Shown here one piece after another: positions 48,050-59,249 of a stretch of 64,000 nucleotides of DNA (position 1 is its first letter; every line of letters begins with the position of its first letter). The position numbers were made by a program, and so were the translations under genes. The notes beneath the pieces are model-generated. The model made no database searches, was not told the DNA's origin, and worked only from the letters and a program-made list of their open reading frames with translations. The stretch lies in contig CP070632.1 of NCBI GenBank assembly GCA_020356065.1, positions 265,284 through 329,283 of the forward strand, given 5' to 3'. Origin of the DNA: Nitrospiraceae bacterium. Its GTDB lineage: Bacteria > Nitrospirota > Thermodesulfovibrionia > UBA6902.

Positions 48050-49364
48050 AAAAATTTTTACAGCATTCATGTTATTGGTCCTGGGGCTGCCGCTTAAAGC
48101 GCTCGCGGAGGAGACAGCATCAATAAACAGCGGTGATACCGCCTGGATGATAGTGGCAACCGCACTGGTCCTGTTCATGACCATACCGGGACTGTCACTT
48201 TTTTATGGCGGCCTCGTGAGATCAAAGAATGTACTCTCTATCTTTGTCCAGTGTTTTGCCATTACTTGCCTTATGTCAGTTTTATGGGTCATATATGGTT
48301 ATAGCGTAGCGTTTGACGGAACAGGCATGGAGGCGGGAGCATTTAATTTCCACTCGCTCTTTGGAGGACTGAACAAAATGTTCCTGTCCGAAGTTGGAGT
48401 TGACAGTGTATCAGGAACAATCCCCGAGACAGTATTTCTTATTTTCCAGATGACCTTTGCAATCATTACCCCTGCATTAATGGTAGGGGCTTTTGCTGAA
48501 AGGATGAAGTTCAGCGCAGTCATGCTTTTTGTAACAATATGGTTTACGTTTTCTTATCTTCCCATATGCCATATGGCATGGGGTGGTGACGGGGCACTGT
48601 TTGCCAATTGGGGTGTACTTGATTTTGCAGGAGGTACCGTTGTCCATGTGAATGCTGGTATTGCTGCTCTTGTGGCCTGTCTCATGGTAGGCAAGCGAAA
48701 AGGGTTCGGTGAAGTAGCAATGCTTCCGCATAATGTCCCATTCGTCATCATCGGAACAGGCATGCTCTGGGTCGGATGGTTTGGGTTTAATGCCGGAAGT
48801 GAGCTGGCAGCTGACGGTACTGCCGGTATGGCCATGCTTGTCACCCAGATTGCAACAGCAACTGCGGCACTCAGCTGGATGTTTGTTGAGTGGATCCGTT
48901 CAGGAAAACCGACCGCTGTCGGTATTGCGACGGGCGCTGTTGCAGGGCTGGTAGCTATTACCCCTGCCTCAGGAACAGCCGGCCCCATGGGAGCTTTGCT
49001 GATCGGAGCAACATCGGGAACACTCTGTTATTTTGCTGCCACATCCATGAAGAGGGCACTAGGATATGATGACAGCCTGGATGTTTTCGGTGTTCACGGC
49101 GTGGGTGGCATGATTGGTGCAACGTTAACCGGTCTGTGTGCAGCAGAATTTATGGGAGGTGCTGGAATCGAAGCAGCAAGCATTGGTGCACAGATATGGG
49201 CACAGATCAAGAGCATTATTGTAACGCTCGTATGGAGCGGTATTGTAGCACTCATTGCTCTTAAGGTTATCGATGCTGTAATAGGTATCAGGGCTGAAGA
49301 CAGTAACGAGGTTCAAGGGCTGGACATCAGTGACCATGAGGAAGCAGGGTATAATATTTCGTAA
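48030..49364 (+). CDS. amt: Ammonium transporter (copy 2). The start is either 48030 or 48039.
   Basis: 444 aa. Signal peptide and Amt signatures DFAGGTVVH, WFGFNAGS. Confidence 0.9.
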   Translation: MKVMIIKKIFTAFMLLVLGLPLKALAEETASINSGDTAWMIVATALVLFMTIPGLSLFYGGLVRSKNVLSIFVQCFAITCLMSVLWVIYGYSVAFDGTGMEAGAFNFHSLFGGLNKMFLSEVGVDSVSGTIPETVFLIFQMTFAIITPALMVGAFAERMKFSAVMLFVTIWFTFSYLPICHMAWGGDGALFANWGVLDFAGGTVVHVNAGIAALVACLMVGKRKGFGEVAMLPHNVPFVIIGTGMLWVGWFGFNAGSELAADGTAGMAMLVTQIATATAALSWMFVEWIRSGKPTAVGIATGAVAGLVAITPASGTAGPMGALLIGATSGTLCYFAATSMKRALGYDDSLDVFGVHGVGGMIGATLTGLCAAEFMGGAGIEAASIGAQIWAQIKSIIVTLVWSGIVALIALKVIDAVIGIRAEDSNEVQGLDISDHEEAGYNIS

Positions 49365-49425
49365 CAGAGGCTTTTGAAATTATATTTGAATGTATACGTT
49401 TTTATTGTTCTTTGACAACTTAATA

Positions 49426-49463
49426 TCCCTACAAAATTGTAGGGATTACAATTTTGTAGGGAT
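49426..49463. promoter_or_regulatory. Tandem dyads ATCCCTACAAAATTGTAGGGAT and TTACAATTTTGTAGGGAT upstream of glnK2.
   Basis: A 22-bp near-perfect palindrome immediately followed by a second copy. TACA-N4-TGTA core. A weak sigma-54-like TGGTAC-N5-TTGAT lies 40 bp downstream. Confidence 0.5.
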
Positions 49464-49559
49464 AAGTGTGCCCTTACACCATGTAAATTAAAGGTTTTTA
49501 TGTGGTACGCTTCTTGATGTCTCACTCCCGTATGAAAATTAAACACCGGGAGGAAAGCA

Positions 49560-49898
49560 ATGAAAATGGTTGCAGCTGTCATCAAGCACTTTAAGCTGGA
49601 TGATCTAAGAAAGGCCCTGACAGAGATAGATGTCCAGGGGATGACCGCTATCGAGGTCAAGGGATTTGGAAGACAGAAGGGACACATGGAAGTATACCGC
49701 GGCGTAGAGTACGAAGTGCAGTTTCTGCCAAAGATCAAGATCGAGGTAGCAGTCTCAGAGGAAAAGCTCGATGATGTGCTGAAGGTGATCATGGAAAGTG
49801 CAAAAACAGGAGAGATAGGTGACGGCAAAATTTTCGTATACAGTCTGCAGGAAGTCATCAGAATCAGAACCGGGGAAAGAGGTGAGGGAGCACTATGA
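49560..49898 (+). CDS. glnK: PII nitrogen regulatory protein (copy 2).
   Basis: 112 aa, with the same T-loop and B-loop signatures. Its stop overlaps the amt3 start (ATGA). Confidence 0.9.
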   Translation: MKMVAAVIKHFKLDDLRKALTEIDVQGMTAIEVKGFGRQKGHMEVYRGVEYEVQFLPKIKIEVAVSEEKLDDVLKVIMESAKTGEIGDGKIFVYSLQEVIRIRTGERGEGAL

Positions 49899-51220
49899 TA
49901 AAAAATTACACATTACAGATTGGAAATTTCAAATTTTTCATTCTCACATTGTGCATGCTGGCCAATTCAAGCCCTGCATTTGCTTCTGAAACTGCGACTC
50001 TGGACTCAGGTGATACAGCTTGGATACTTGTTGCAACAGCGCTTGTGCTGTTTATGACCCTTCCCGGTCTGGCACTGTTTTACGGTGGATTGGTAAGAAC
50101 AAAAAACGTTCTTTCTGTATTGCTGCAATGTTTTGCCATATCCGGTATAGTGACCATACTCTGGCTTGCCGGAGGATACAGCATCGCGTTTTCAGAGGGA
50201 ACTGCTTTTGCCGGCGGACTGTCAAAGGCCTTCTTTGCAGGGATGCTTGAAGATACCCTGAGCGGGACCATTCCTGAATCACTGTTTGCGCTGTTTCAGA
50301 TGACATTTGCCATTATCACACCAGCCCTTATTATAGGCGGCTTTGCCGAGAGAATGAAGTTTTCATCTATTCTGCTCTTCTCATCACTATGGCTGATCGT
50401 GGTATACTGCCCGATTACCCACTGGGTTTGGGGAGGCGGCTGGCTGCAGGAAATGGGCCTTCTCGATTTTGCCGGTGGTACGGTCGTGCATATCACGGCC
50501 GGGGTAGCTTCACTGGTAGCAGCACTTGTACTGGGCCAGCGAGACGGGTTTCCGCACACATCGATGCCCCCGCATAACATGACCATGACTGTCAAAGGCG
50601 CTGGCATGCTATGGGTCGGCTGGTTCGGTTTTAACGGCGGAAGCGCACTCGCAGCAAATGGTGATGCTGCCATGGCAATGCTTGTTACGCATATATCTGC
50701 AGCTGCAGGCGCCATGACATGGATGTTTTATGAGTGGAAAAAATTCGGTAAACCTACCGCCCTTGGCACAGTAACCGGTATGGTAGCAGGACTCGGCACC
50801 ATTACTCCAGCGTCTGGATTCGTAGGACCGGCTGGAGCACTTATAATTGGTGTTACAGCAGGAATTATCTGTTTCAATGCAGTATTATTTATGAAGTCAG
50901 TGCTTAAAGTTGACGATTCTCTCGACGTATTTCCAGTACACGGAGTGGGAGGGATAACAGGCACATTGCTGGCAGGCATCTTTGCATCAACCGGCCTCGG
51001 CATATTCAGTGGACAGGGATTTGCAAGCGGTATCAACAGTGTGTCTGAGCAGCTCTATGTACAGTCCATAGGAATTGCTGCCACAGTCGGATACACGGCA
51101 ATTGCTACGTTTGTAATTCTTAAGGCCGTCAACGCAGTCACAGCCCTGCGGGTATGCAAGGAATGCGAGGTTGAAGGGCTTGACGTTTATGGCCATGGTG
51201 AGCAAGGATATATTCTCTGA
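49895..51220 (+). CDS. amt: Ammonium transporter (copy 3).
   Basis: 441 aa. Signal peptide and Amt signatures DFAGGTVVH, WFGFNGGS. Confidence 0.9.
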   Translation: MIKNYTLQIGNFKFFILTLCMLANSSPAFASETATLDSGDTAWILVATALVLFMTLPGLALFYGGLVRTKNVLSVLLQCFAISGIVTILWLAGGYSIAFSEGTAFAGGLSKAFFAGMLEDTLSGTIPESLFALFQMTFAIITPALIIGGFAERMKFSSILLFSSLWLIVVYCPITHWVWGGGWLQEMGLLDFAGGTVVHITAGVASLVAALVLGQRDGFPHTSMPPHNMTMTVKGAGMLWVGWFGFNGGSALAANGDAAMAMLVTHISAAAGAMTWMFYEWKKFGKPTALGTVTGMVAGLGTITPASGFVGPAGALIIGVTAGIICFNAVLFMKSVLKVDDSLDVFPVHGVGGITGTLLAGIFASTGLGIFSGQGFASGINSVSEQLYVQSIGIAATVGYTAIATFVILKAVNAVTALRVCKECEVEGLDVYGHGEQGYIL

Positions 51221-51285
51221 AAAATGACAAATATCAAATCTCAAATTTACAAATTTTAGTCATTGAGTCAATTGGCATTTATTTG

Positions 51286-51312
51286 GAATTTGGATTTTGT
51301 AATTTGACATTT
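51286..51312. promoter_or_regulatory. 27-nt motif GAATTTGGATTTTGTAATTTGACATTT, the same block as upstream of the photolyase gene.
   Basis: 23/27 identical to 34755-34781. It overlaps the called ATG of the GATase ORF, which is therefore probably mis-started. Confidence 0.45.
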
Positions 51313-51324
51313 CTTTTTAATATT

Positions 51325-52017
51325 ATGTCTGTATTAATTATTAAAAACACAGAAAACGAGGGACCGGGCACCATAGAGGAGTTTCTTAAGGAAAAGGGAT
51401 TGGTTTATGAAATCCTGAATATGAACAGCTGTCATGCTGAAATCCCTGATGTAAGTAAACACTCACACCTGGTGCTCATGGGAGGACCCATGGCAGTCTA
51501 CAACATAGACAACCATCCGTTTCTTCACTTTGAGGCCGCGCTTATCAGGGCGTTCATTAAGAGTAATAAACCGGTTCTCGGCATCTGCCTCGGCGCCCAG
51601 ATGATTGCCTATGCTTTGGGAGTTGATGTATATCAGGGAAAGACACAGGAGATCGGCTGGTACAGGGTTGATCTTACAGAGGAAGGAATGAAGGATGCTG
51701 TCATGGCAAGTCTTGCCATAAATGAAACAAAACAGGCCGATGTCTTTCAATGGCATGGAGATACATTTGATATTCATAAAAATGCCCTCAGATTAGCCAC
51801 TTCTGATACTTTTGAAAATCAGGCGTTCCGGTATAAAGACCATGTCTATGCACTTCAGTTTCATATTGAGGTGACACCTGAAATGATAAGAGAATGGTTC
51901 GAAAACGAGGAGGATCATGATGTAGAGGCCATGATTAATACCACCCTTGATATATTCCCTGAATATAAGAAGAGGGCATATAAATTTTATGAAAATTTTT
52001 TTAAACGTACATGTTAG
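51325..52017 (+). CDS. Class I glutamine amidotransferase-like protein (start MSVLIIKN).
   Basis: PVLGICLGAQMIAYALG catalytic Cys block and QWHGDTF His block. Confidence 0.7.
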   Translation: MSVLIIKNTENEGPGTIEEFLKEKGLVYEILNMNSCHAEIPDVSKHSHLVLMGGPMAVYNIDNHPFLHFEAALIRAFIKSNKPVLGICLGAQMIAYALGVDVYQGKTQEIGWYRVDLTEEGMKDAVMASLAINETKQADVFQWHGDTFDIHKNALRLATSDTFENQAFRYKDHVYALQFHIEVTPEMIREWFENEEDHDVEAMINTTLDIFPEYKKRAYKFYENFFKRTC

Positions 52018-52187
52018 TGATGTCATTTAGCTTTCATGCCGGACTTGATCCGGCATCCAGAGTTTGCTGAAAAGATGGGATTCCGGCTCAAGGACTGCCG
52101 GAATGACATTCAGACAAACCAAGAATCTAAGTAACATTAAGTAAATATGAACCCGTAACAACTAATAAATCTAAAGGAGGTAGCAAA

Positions 52188-53600
52188 ATGATACCCAAAG
52201 ACGTAGTAACATTTGCCCAGGAAAACAGTGTAGTCATGGTGGACTTCAAGTTCATTGATTTTCCCGGGATCTGGCAGAACTTTTCAGTTCCTATCAGTGA
52301 GCTGGAAGAATCAACTTTTGAGGATGGTCTTGGTTTTGACGGCTCATCCATCAGGGGATGGCAGGCGATCAACGCATCGGACATGCTGATTATTCCTGAT
52401 CCTGCAACAGCCATTCTCGATCCCTTCCGGAAGCACCCGACATTGAGCCTGGTCTGCAATATTGTAGACCCTATCACAAAAGAGCCCTATTCAAGGGACC
52501 CGAGGTTTATCGCCCAAAAAGCGATCCAGCATATGAAATCAACCGGCATCGGAGATACAGCCTACTTTGGTCCGGAAGCAGAATTTTTTATTTTTGATGA
52601 CATTCGGTATGACCAGACCGCTAACAGCGGCTTTTACTTCGTTGATTCTGTTGAAGGAATATGGAATACCGGAACTGATGAAGGGCCAAATCTGGGCTAC
52701 AAACCAAGACATAAAGAGGGGTACTTCCCTGTACCGCCAACAGATACCATGGAAGATCTGAGAACAGAGATGGTCACCATCATGCAGAAATGCGGTATCC
52801 ACATCGAGGCCCAGCATCATGAAGTTGCAACCGGAGGACAGGGTGAAATTGACATGAGGTTTGCTCCTCTGGTGGAGCAGGCAGATAAACTGATGCTCTT
52901 TAAATACATTGTGAAAAATATCGCGTACGCTCATGGCAAGACCGCGACTTTTATGCCAAAACCCTTATTCGGTGACAATGGTACAGGAATGCATGTTCAT
53001 CAGAGTATCTGGAAAGACGGAAAGCCGTTATTTGCAGGAAACGGATATGCCGGAGTCAGTGAAATGGCTATTAATTACATCGGCGGTATACTGAAACATG
53101 CCCGCTCATTGGCTGCTTTTACAAACCCGACAACAAATTCATACAAGAGACTGGTGCCCGGGTTTGAGGCCCCTGTAAACCTTGCTTATTCAGCCAGAAA
53201 CAGGTCCGCTTCCATAAGAATTCCCATGTATTCACTGTCTCCGAAGGCCAAGAGAGTTGAGGTCAGGTTCCCTGATCCGTCATGTAATCCGTACCTTGCT
53301 TTTTCAGCCATGCTGATGGCCGGTCTTGACGGAATTGAGAACAAGATCGATCCGGGAGAGGCAATGGATAAGGACCTCTACGAACTACCTCCGGAAGAGC
53401 TTGCCGACATCCCCCAGATGCCGGGAGATCTGGATGAGGCGCTAAATGAGCTTGAAGCGAATCATGAGTTTCTACTGAAGGGCAATGTGTTCACTCAGGA
53501 CGCCATCGCCAAATGGATCCACTACAAGAGAAAAAATGAGGTGGACGCATTGAGACTCAGACCGCATCCATATGAGTTTTTTATGTACTACGACATATAA
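52188..53600 (+). CDS. glnA: Glutamine synthetase type I, with an adenylylation site.
   Basis: 470 aa. GSI beta-grasp and catalytic domains, plus NLYELPPEE adenylylation Tyr motif, consistent with the glnE nearby. Confidence 0.9.
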   Translation: MIPKDVVTFAQENSVVMVDFKFIDFPGIWQNFSVPISELEESTFEDGLGFDGSSIRGWQAINASDMLIIPDPATAILDPFRKHPTLSLVCNIVDPITKEPYSRDPRFIAQKAIQHMKSTGIGDTAYFGPEAEFFIFDDIRYDQTANSGFYFVDSVEGIWNTGTDEGPNLGYKPRHKEGYFPVPPTDTMEDLRTEMVTIMQKCGIHIEAQHHEVATGGQGEIDMRFAPLVEQADKLMLFKYIVKNIAYAHGKTATFMPKPLFGDNGTGMHVHQSIWKDGKPLFAGNGYAGVSEMAINYIGGILKHARSLAAFTNPTTNSYKRLVPGFEAPVNLAYSARNRSASIRIPMYSLSPKAKRVEVRFPDPSCNPYLAFSAMLMAGLDGIENKIDPGEAMDKDLYELPPEELADIPQMPGDLDEALNELEANHEFLLKGNVFTQDAIAKWIHYKRKNEVDALRLRPHPYEFFMYYDI

Positions 53601-53616
53601 TAGAAAATAACTGAAC

Positions 53617-53658
53617 AAAAAAGGCACGGGCTGCGATAGCAGCCCGTGCCTTTTATTT
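53617..53658 (+). terminator. Intrinsic terminator after glnA.
   Basis: GGCACGGGCTGC-gata-GCAGCCCGTGCC (12-bp perfect stem) followed by TTTTATTT. Confidence 0.7.
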
Positions 53659-53821
53659 AAAATTCAATGTGTTAAATGAAATAGACAGATATGTTCAGTC
53701 ATGCATACTTCTCTGAGACGATGACTTTCACGTATGCTTATAACTGCATACCGGAGATAACTCCTTGACTTTTTGAGCTTATTTTGTCAATATACCGGGG
53801 TCTTGAAGATTTTGTTACTGC

Positions 53822-53862
53822 AAAAGGCCATAAAACTTTAAGCGTTATGGCCTTTTTTTATT
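53822..53862 (+). terminator. Second intrinsic terminator, 160 nt downstream.
   Basis: AGGCCATAA-aactttaagcg-TTATGGCCT followed by T9. No annotated + strand ORF ends here. Confidence 0.5.
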
Positions 53863-53904
53863 ATGGAAGCTATTTACGAATTTGAACAGCAAAAAAGGTA
53901 ACCC

Positions 53905-54321
53905 ATGGCATCAAAACAGAATTATGTAAAGAAGATGGAAGCAAAAAATCAGCAGAGAACTGATGCGGGAGTCATAGCTGACCGCTTTCCGACAGTTGAA
54001 GGCATGGTGATTAACATGACGTACTACCATAATGCAGAGAACCCGATCCTCATGCAGCGCACTGTTAATTTCTTCCCTGAAAGCCATGCTTTTTTTAATC
54101 TGGAATGCATGATAAAAGGCTGTGAAAAAGGGGGATTTGATTTAAAGCGCATCATTTCAAAACAGATCAAGGACAAGAAAAAGGTCATAAGAGGTGAAAT
54201 GAGCTGTAAAGGGAAGAGCGGGGATCTTCCGGCAAACCATTCAACTATAGACTACGAAATAAATATCACATACAGCACAAAGTCCAGAAAGAAAGCAGCT
54301 AAAAAGACCAAAAAGAAATAA
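53905..54321 (+). CDS. Hypothetical protein with a lysine-rich tail.
   Basis: 138 aa, ends KSRKKAAKKTKKK. No recognisable motif. Confidence 0.35.
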   Translation: MASKQNYVKKMEAKNQQRTDAGVIADRFPTVEGMVINMTYYHNAENPILMQRTVNFFPESHAFFNLECMIKGCEKGGFDLKRIISKQIKDKKKVIRGEMSCKGKSGDLPANHSTIDYEINITYSTKSRKKAAKKTKKK

Positions 54322-54333
54322 TCTCCATTTACC

Positions 54334-54528
54334 CTATCTGCTCCGGGAAAATCTGGTAGCCTTCATCTTCTTTTTCCTCGCCTCTATACGCTTTCTTTTC
54401 TCTTTCACCGAAGGCTTCTCATAAAACCTCCGACTCTTCAACTCTTTAAAAATACCTTCTTTATGAAGCTTTATTTTTAAATCTTTAATCGCTTTTTCAA
54501 TATTATTGCCAACTACTTTAATTTCCAA
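54334..54528 (-). CDS. rpsU: 30S ribosomal protein S21.
   Basis: 64 aa. EKAIKDLK...FYEKPSVKEKRKRIEARKKKMK matches the S21 pattern. A 9-bp hairpin ACAATTACC/GGTAATTGT sits in its 5' leader (54562-54591). Confidence 0.8.
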   Translation of the reverse strand: MEIKVVGNNIEKAIKDLKIKLHKEGIFKELKSRRFYEKPSVKEKRKRIEARKKKMKATRFSRSR

Positions 54529-54815
54529 GTTGCTCTACATTCCCTTCTCTCACAATTACCTTAGAAGACAGGTAATTGTCAAATCATTTTCTGTTAAGGA
54601 GTTACCGAAAAAAATAAAGGCCTCTCAGCCTTAAAAAGCGGTGAGGCTATACACTTTAAAAATGCGCTATTACTTTAACATAAATTACAATATTTATTTT
54701 ATGCTCTCTTGCATCCATCAAAAACGGCTCAATATATATTCAATACATTTTTACGGTATACCTGCTATACCTTATAAAATTTATATATAATGCGAGACAG
54801 GATGCATGATCACGG

Positions 54816-55172
<357 letters not shown>

Positions 55173-55253
55173 TTATTATTCTATATGCATGTCTAAAGGG
55201 CTATATTATCAAAAAATAAGCAATATTTCACTAATAAAGCTAATGGTGCTCTT

Positions 55254-58052
55254 ATGACCATTGATAAAGAGTATCTGAAAATAATTACTGATTCGGTTCA
55301 TTTCGTCCCTGATCCTGCAAGGGCCGAAAGAAACCTGATAAGATTTTTCGAGGGAAACACTGTCAGATCAATCTCTCCTGACTACGTGAACATCATGGCA
55401 CATCTGTTCAGCGTAAGCCAGTTCCTTGCCAATTACTGCATGTCACACCCGGTTGAACTGGAACATGCCCTTGATGAAATGACTCATGATATCACTCCCT
55501 CATTCCTGTTGAAGCGATCAGAGAATGAATTGAATTTACATATAATAACTGAAATATCAGACATAATGAAGGCCTTCAGACTGTTTAAAAAAAGGTACCT
55601 TCTCAGGATTACGCTTCGGGACATTTCGGAAAAGACCGACATCCGCTCATCAATGCAGGAGCTTACCGCTCTTGCTGAAACCCTTATTTCGGCAGCACTT
55701 GAATGCTCACTTTATTTGAATAAGAAAAAGTTCGGCTCTCCTTCAGACAGCAGGATTTCGTTAATAGCCCTTGGTAAATTAGGCGGAGAAGAGCTGAATT
55801 ACAGTTCTGATGTTGATCTCATCGCTGTGTACGATAATGATCAGGGACAGACAACCGGCATCCCTAACCCCTCGGGACTCATGTACAACAAAATCAGCAA
55901 CCACGAGTTTTACTGTAAAACTGTTGAGCTGTTCAGCCGGATTCTGTCATCTCAGACAGAAGACGGTATCGCATACAGGACAGATCTCAGGCTTCGTCCG
56001 CAGGGACAGAAAGGTGATATCGCCATGCCGCTGAAATCCTACAGAACGTATTATGAGTCATGGGGACGGACGTGGGAGCGAATGGCGCTGATTAGGGCAA
56101 GGCCTGTTGCAGGGGATTCACGGCTTGGTCAGGAATTTATTGAATCGGTCGATCCCTTTGTATGGAGAAAGACGAGTGACTTTACCGCTATTGAGGAAAT
56201 CAGGATACTGAAGAAACAGATAGACTCAACATTTACAAAGGATGATATAAAGCGCGGCTACGGGGGAATCCGTGAAGCAGAGTTTTTTATCCAGACTTTT
56301 CAGCTGCTGTACGGAGGAGAAAACATCGCCCTGAAATCATCATGTATGTTTGACGCAGTAAACGCCCTCACATTAATGAACATAGTTCCTGAGAGGGAAA
56401 TGGATGTGCTGTGGGAAAACTACCTTTACTACAGGCGGATTGAACATTTTCTGCAGATGACGGAAGATCTCCAGACACACACTCTGCCGTCTGATAAAGA
56501 AGGGATATCCATTCTGGCCCGAAAAATGAAATTTGACAATGCAGAAGAATTTACTGCAAACCTTGGTTTAAGAAGAATGCAGATTAAAAAAATGTATAAC
56601 TCGCTGCTTGGAACGCGGGAGGATGCCTATACTGAAGCCCTGAACCTGCTTGAAGGGAAAATGACAGACCGTGAACTTGGAGAATATCTGAAATTCAGAA
56701 ACGTGACTGATCCCGAAAAGTGTCTTGTCAATCTCAAAAGCATCAGGGAGCATATGGCTGATTTCCGGACCATGCAGGAGAGAAAAATAACCCGGGAAGT
56801 TATGCCCCAGCTTTTTGAGAGCGCCATGGCCGCAGAAAGTCCGGACAGGGCCATGGCAGGGCTGGAGAAACTTCTGACCACATACGGGCTTAAACCTGCC
56901 CATCTGTCAGCCCTGCATGAACACAAAGAACTGATTCAGGGAATTATAAAAATTTTTTCCCTTAGCCCGTATCTGACAAGAATATTTCTGAGCAACCAGC
57001 AGTATCTCAATATACTTATTGAAGAATGGAGCATCCTGAAATCACTTGAGCAAATTGAGGAGCGACTCGGGAGGGCCATTGAAAGGTCAGATGATTTTCC
57101 GAAGACACTTGCTGAATTCAAGAGGTTTGAAGAGTTTCGTCTCGGAATATTGTTTCTGCTAAACATATTGACCCTTGAGGATCTTTTTAAAGGCATGTCT
57201 CATCTGGCCGAGGCAATCATGAGATCAATTCTGCAGAATCTTGACAGTAAAGAGTTGTCCGTTATAGCCCTGGGCAAACTGGGTGGTCAGGAGATGACCT
57301 TTGGTTCAGACCTTGATATCGTCTTTGTTTCCAGTTCTGACAGGGCCATGACTGCAGCTGTCAAAGCAGTGAGAATTCTCACATCATATACTGATGCTGG
57401 ACAGTTTTATAGCGTTGATACCAGACTCAGACCTGATGGATCAAAAGGGGTTCTTGTAAAAAAAATAAACGGATACAGGAATTATTATTTAAAAAAAGCG
57501 CAGAAGTGGGAGATACAGGCCCTTCTCAAGGCAAGACCTGTTGCCGGCGATGAAAACCTGGGAAATACATTTATGAACATGGCCAGGGACGTCATACTGA
57601 CACGTGGTAGTGACATAACAAAAAAAGATATTGCTGATATGCGACTGAGAATAATGAGGGAACTGTCAAATGAATCAGAAGGCCTTGATATCAAGCTCGG
57701 GCCGGGAGGCATAGAAGAGATAGAGTTTTATGTTCAATATCTTGAACTCCATAATGCACGTGAGTTTCCGGAGATTCTGCAGCAAAATACTCTTTCGGCG
57801 ATTGACACATTAACGCAAAAAGGTCTCTTCACAGACAACGAAAAAACAGATCTTGTCAATGCCTACACATATTACAGAAAACTTGAGACCTTCCTTAGGT
57901 TAAATGAGGAACATCTCATTAGCAGACATTCGCCTGTTTCTTTGTTAAGTGAAAAATTCATGGGTCATCTCTCGACTGATGAACTGATCTCGCATATGAG
58001 CATGTTAAGAGAAAATGTCATATCTATCTTTAAACCTGACGTATCAGATTAG
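55254..58052 (+). CDS. glnE: Bifunctional glutamine synthetase adenylyltransferase/adenylyl-removing enzyme.
   Basis: 932 aa. Two nucleotidyltransferase domains, each with a GKLGG.E...SD.D motif (ALGKLGGEELNYSSDVDLI and ALGKLGGQEMTFGSDLDIVFV). Confidence 0.85.
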   Translation: MTIDKEYLKIITDSVHFVPDPARAERNLIRFFEGNTVRSISPDYVNIMAHLFSVSQFLANYCMSHPVELEHALDEMTHDITPSFLLKRSENELNLHIITEISDIMKAFRLFKKRYLLRITLRDISEKTDIRSSMQELTALAETLISAALECSLYLNKKKFGSPSDSRISLIALGKLGGEELNYSSDVDLIAVYDNDQGQTTGIPNPSGLMYNKISNHEFYCKTVELFSRILSSQTEDGIAYRTDLRLRPQGQKGDIAMPLKSYRTYYESWGRTWERMALIRARPVAGDSRLGQEFIESVDPFVWRKTSDFTAIEEIRILKKQIDSTFTKDDIKRGYGGIREAEFFIQTFQLLYGGENIALKSSCMFDAVNALTLMNIVPEREMDVLWENYLYYRRIEHFLQMTEDLQTHTLPSDKEGISILARKMKFDNAEEFTANLGLRRMQIKKMYNSLLGTREDAYTEALNLLEGKMTDRELGEYLKFRNVTDPEKCLVNLKSIREHMADFRTMQERKITREVMPQLFESAMAAESPDRAMAGLEKLLTTYGLKPAHLSALHEHKELIQGIIKIFSLSPYLTRIFLSNQQYLNILIEEWSILKSLEQIEERLGRAIERSDDFPKTLAEFKRFEEFRLGILFLLNILTLEDLFKGMSHLAEAIMRSILQNLDSKELSVIALGKLGGQEMTFGSDLDIVFVSSSDRAMTAAVKAVRILTSYTDAGQFYSVDTRLRPDGSKGVLVKKINGYRNYYLKKAQKWEIQALLKARPVAGDENLGNTFMNMARDVILTRGSDITKKDIADMRLRIMRELSNESEGLDIKLGPGGIEEIEFYVQYLELHNAREFPEILQQNTLSAIDTLTQKGLFTDNEKTDLVNAYTYYRKLETFLRLNEEHLISRHSPVSLLSEKFMGHLSTDELISHMSMLRENVISIFKPDVSD

Positions 58053-58161
58053 ATAACGTAGTCAGGATACCGATGAGTACACATGCCCTGCCTTTTGGAG
58101 AACGCAGCTGTTATAATTATTCAGCAAATTCACAATACGTTATGTTCTCACTTGAATTAAC

Positions 58162-59241
58162 ATGATTATACACAAGTCAATTTTAAAAGAACTCATGAAA
58201 AACATGGCGGTGATCGTTTTTTCACTGTCCATAATACTTTTTATGGAAAAGTTTGTGAGCTTGACAAAAATATTCATGGGTAAGGGCGCGGACTTTAAAG
58301 ATATCATAGAAATATTTCTGTATATTCAGCCCTCCATTCTTATACTTTCAGTTCCCATGTCTATTCTCTTATCGATATTCCTGACTTATGGGAGGATGGC
58401 TTCCGATAATGAGGTTGTGGTTTTAAAAAGTATGGGAATGACGTTCCTCGGCATATCTAGAGCCGCCTGGACACTTGCAGTTATTTCTTTCCTGTTTCTT
58501 CTCTTCATCAGTCTTTATCTTTCACCCCGCAGCACACAGGCTTTCAATCATGTACTGCATGAGACGATTGTTAAAAAAGCATCTATGACTTTGGAAGAGG
58601 AAAGCTTCTCTGATGTATTTAAAGGAACGGTAATTTATGTTAAGAAGATACTTTCAGTAAATACATTCAACGGTATATTCATATACAAGGATGATGAAAA
58701 AGCCGGTGATAATCCGTTTGTAATTGTAGCCGAGAAAGGACATATGAGTTCTAATCCGGAAGCAGGAACCATAAAGTTACGTATGGAAAACGGCATGATT
58801 CATTCCTATGAGGGAAACAGCTCTTCAGAAATCACATTTTCTGAATATGATTTCATACTTACAACAGGCATTAAGGCCTCAAAAGATGCAAAGCCCGAAG
58901 AGATTAAAACCGCAAAACTCTGGACAGGTCGAGGGTCAAATGCTGGCTGGGCAATTGAATTTAACAGAAGACTGGCCATGCCTGTTGCCTGTCTGATATT
59001 TGGACTGCTGGCACCCGCACTGTCGTTTAAGTCAGGAAAAGTCGGCAGGCTCGGGGGATTTTCGATCAGTCTGGGAATCATTATCTTATATTACCTGTTT
59101 CTCATTATGGGAGAAGAGCTGGCAAAATCAGGTGGACTTTCACCTTTTTTTGGTGTCTGGATTCCGAATATTTTTTTCAGTGTTTTGGCTATAATCATTG
59201 CTTATTTCGCTTATCTTGATAAACCGTTAAGGAAGTTTTAA
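58162..59241 (+). CDS. lptF: LptF/LptG-family permease (YjgP/YjgQ).
   Basis: 359 aa. N-terminal 3 TM, periplasmic beta-jellyroll and C-terminal 3 TM. Paired with a second copy downstream. Confidence 0.7.
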   Translation: MIIHKSILKELMKNMAVIVFSLSIILFMEKFVSLTKIFMGKGADFKDIIEIFLYIQPSILILSVPMSILLSIFLTYGRMASDNEVVVLKSMGMTFLGISRAAWTLAVISFLFLLFISLYLSPRSTQAFNHVLHETIVKKASMTLEEESFSDVFKGTVIYVKKILSVNTFNGIFIYKDDEKAGDNPFVIVAEKGHMSSNPEAGTIKLRMENGMIHSYEGNSSSEITFSEYDFILTTGIKASKDAKPEEIKTAKLWTGRGSNAGWAIEFNRRLAMPVACLIFGLLAPALSFKSGKVGRLGGFSISLGIIILYYLFLIMGEELAKSGGLSPFFGVWIPNIFFSVLAIIIAYFAYLDKPLRKF

Positions 59242-59249
59242 ATCAGAGA

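Noticed and set aside
49502-49517. TGGTAC-N5-TTGAT upstream of glnK2, as a fourth sigma-54 promoter.
   Set aside because: It lacks the conserved GC of the -12 element and deviates at -24, so it is kept only as a weak candidate. The dyad motifs upstream are real, but the promoter call is not supported.
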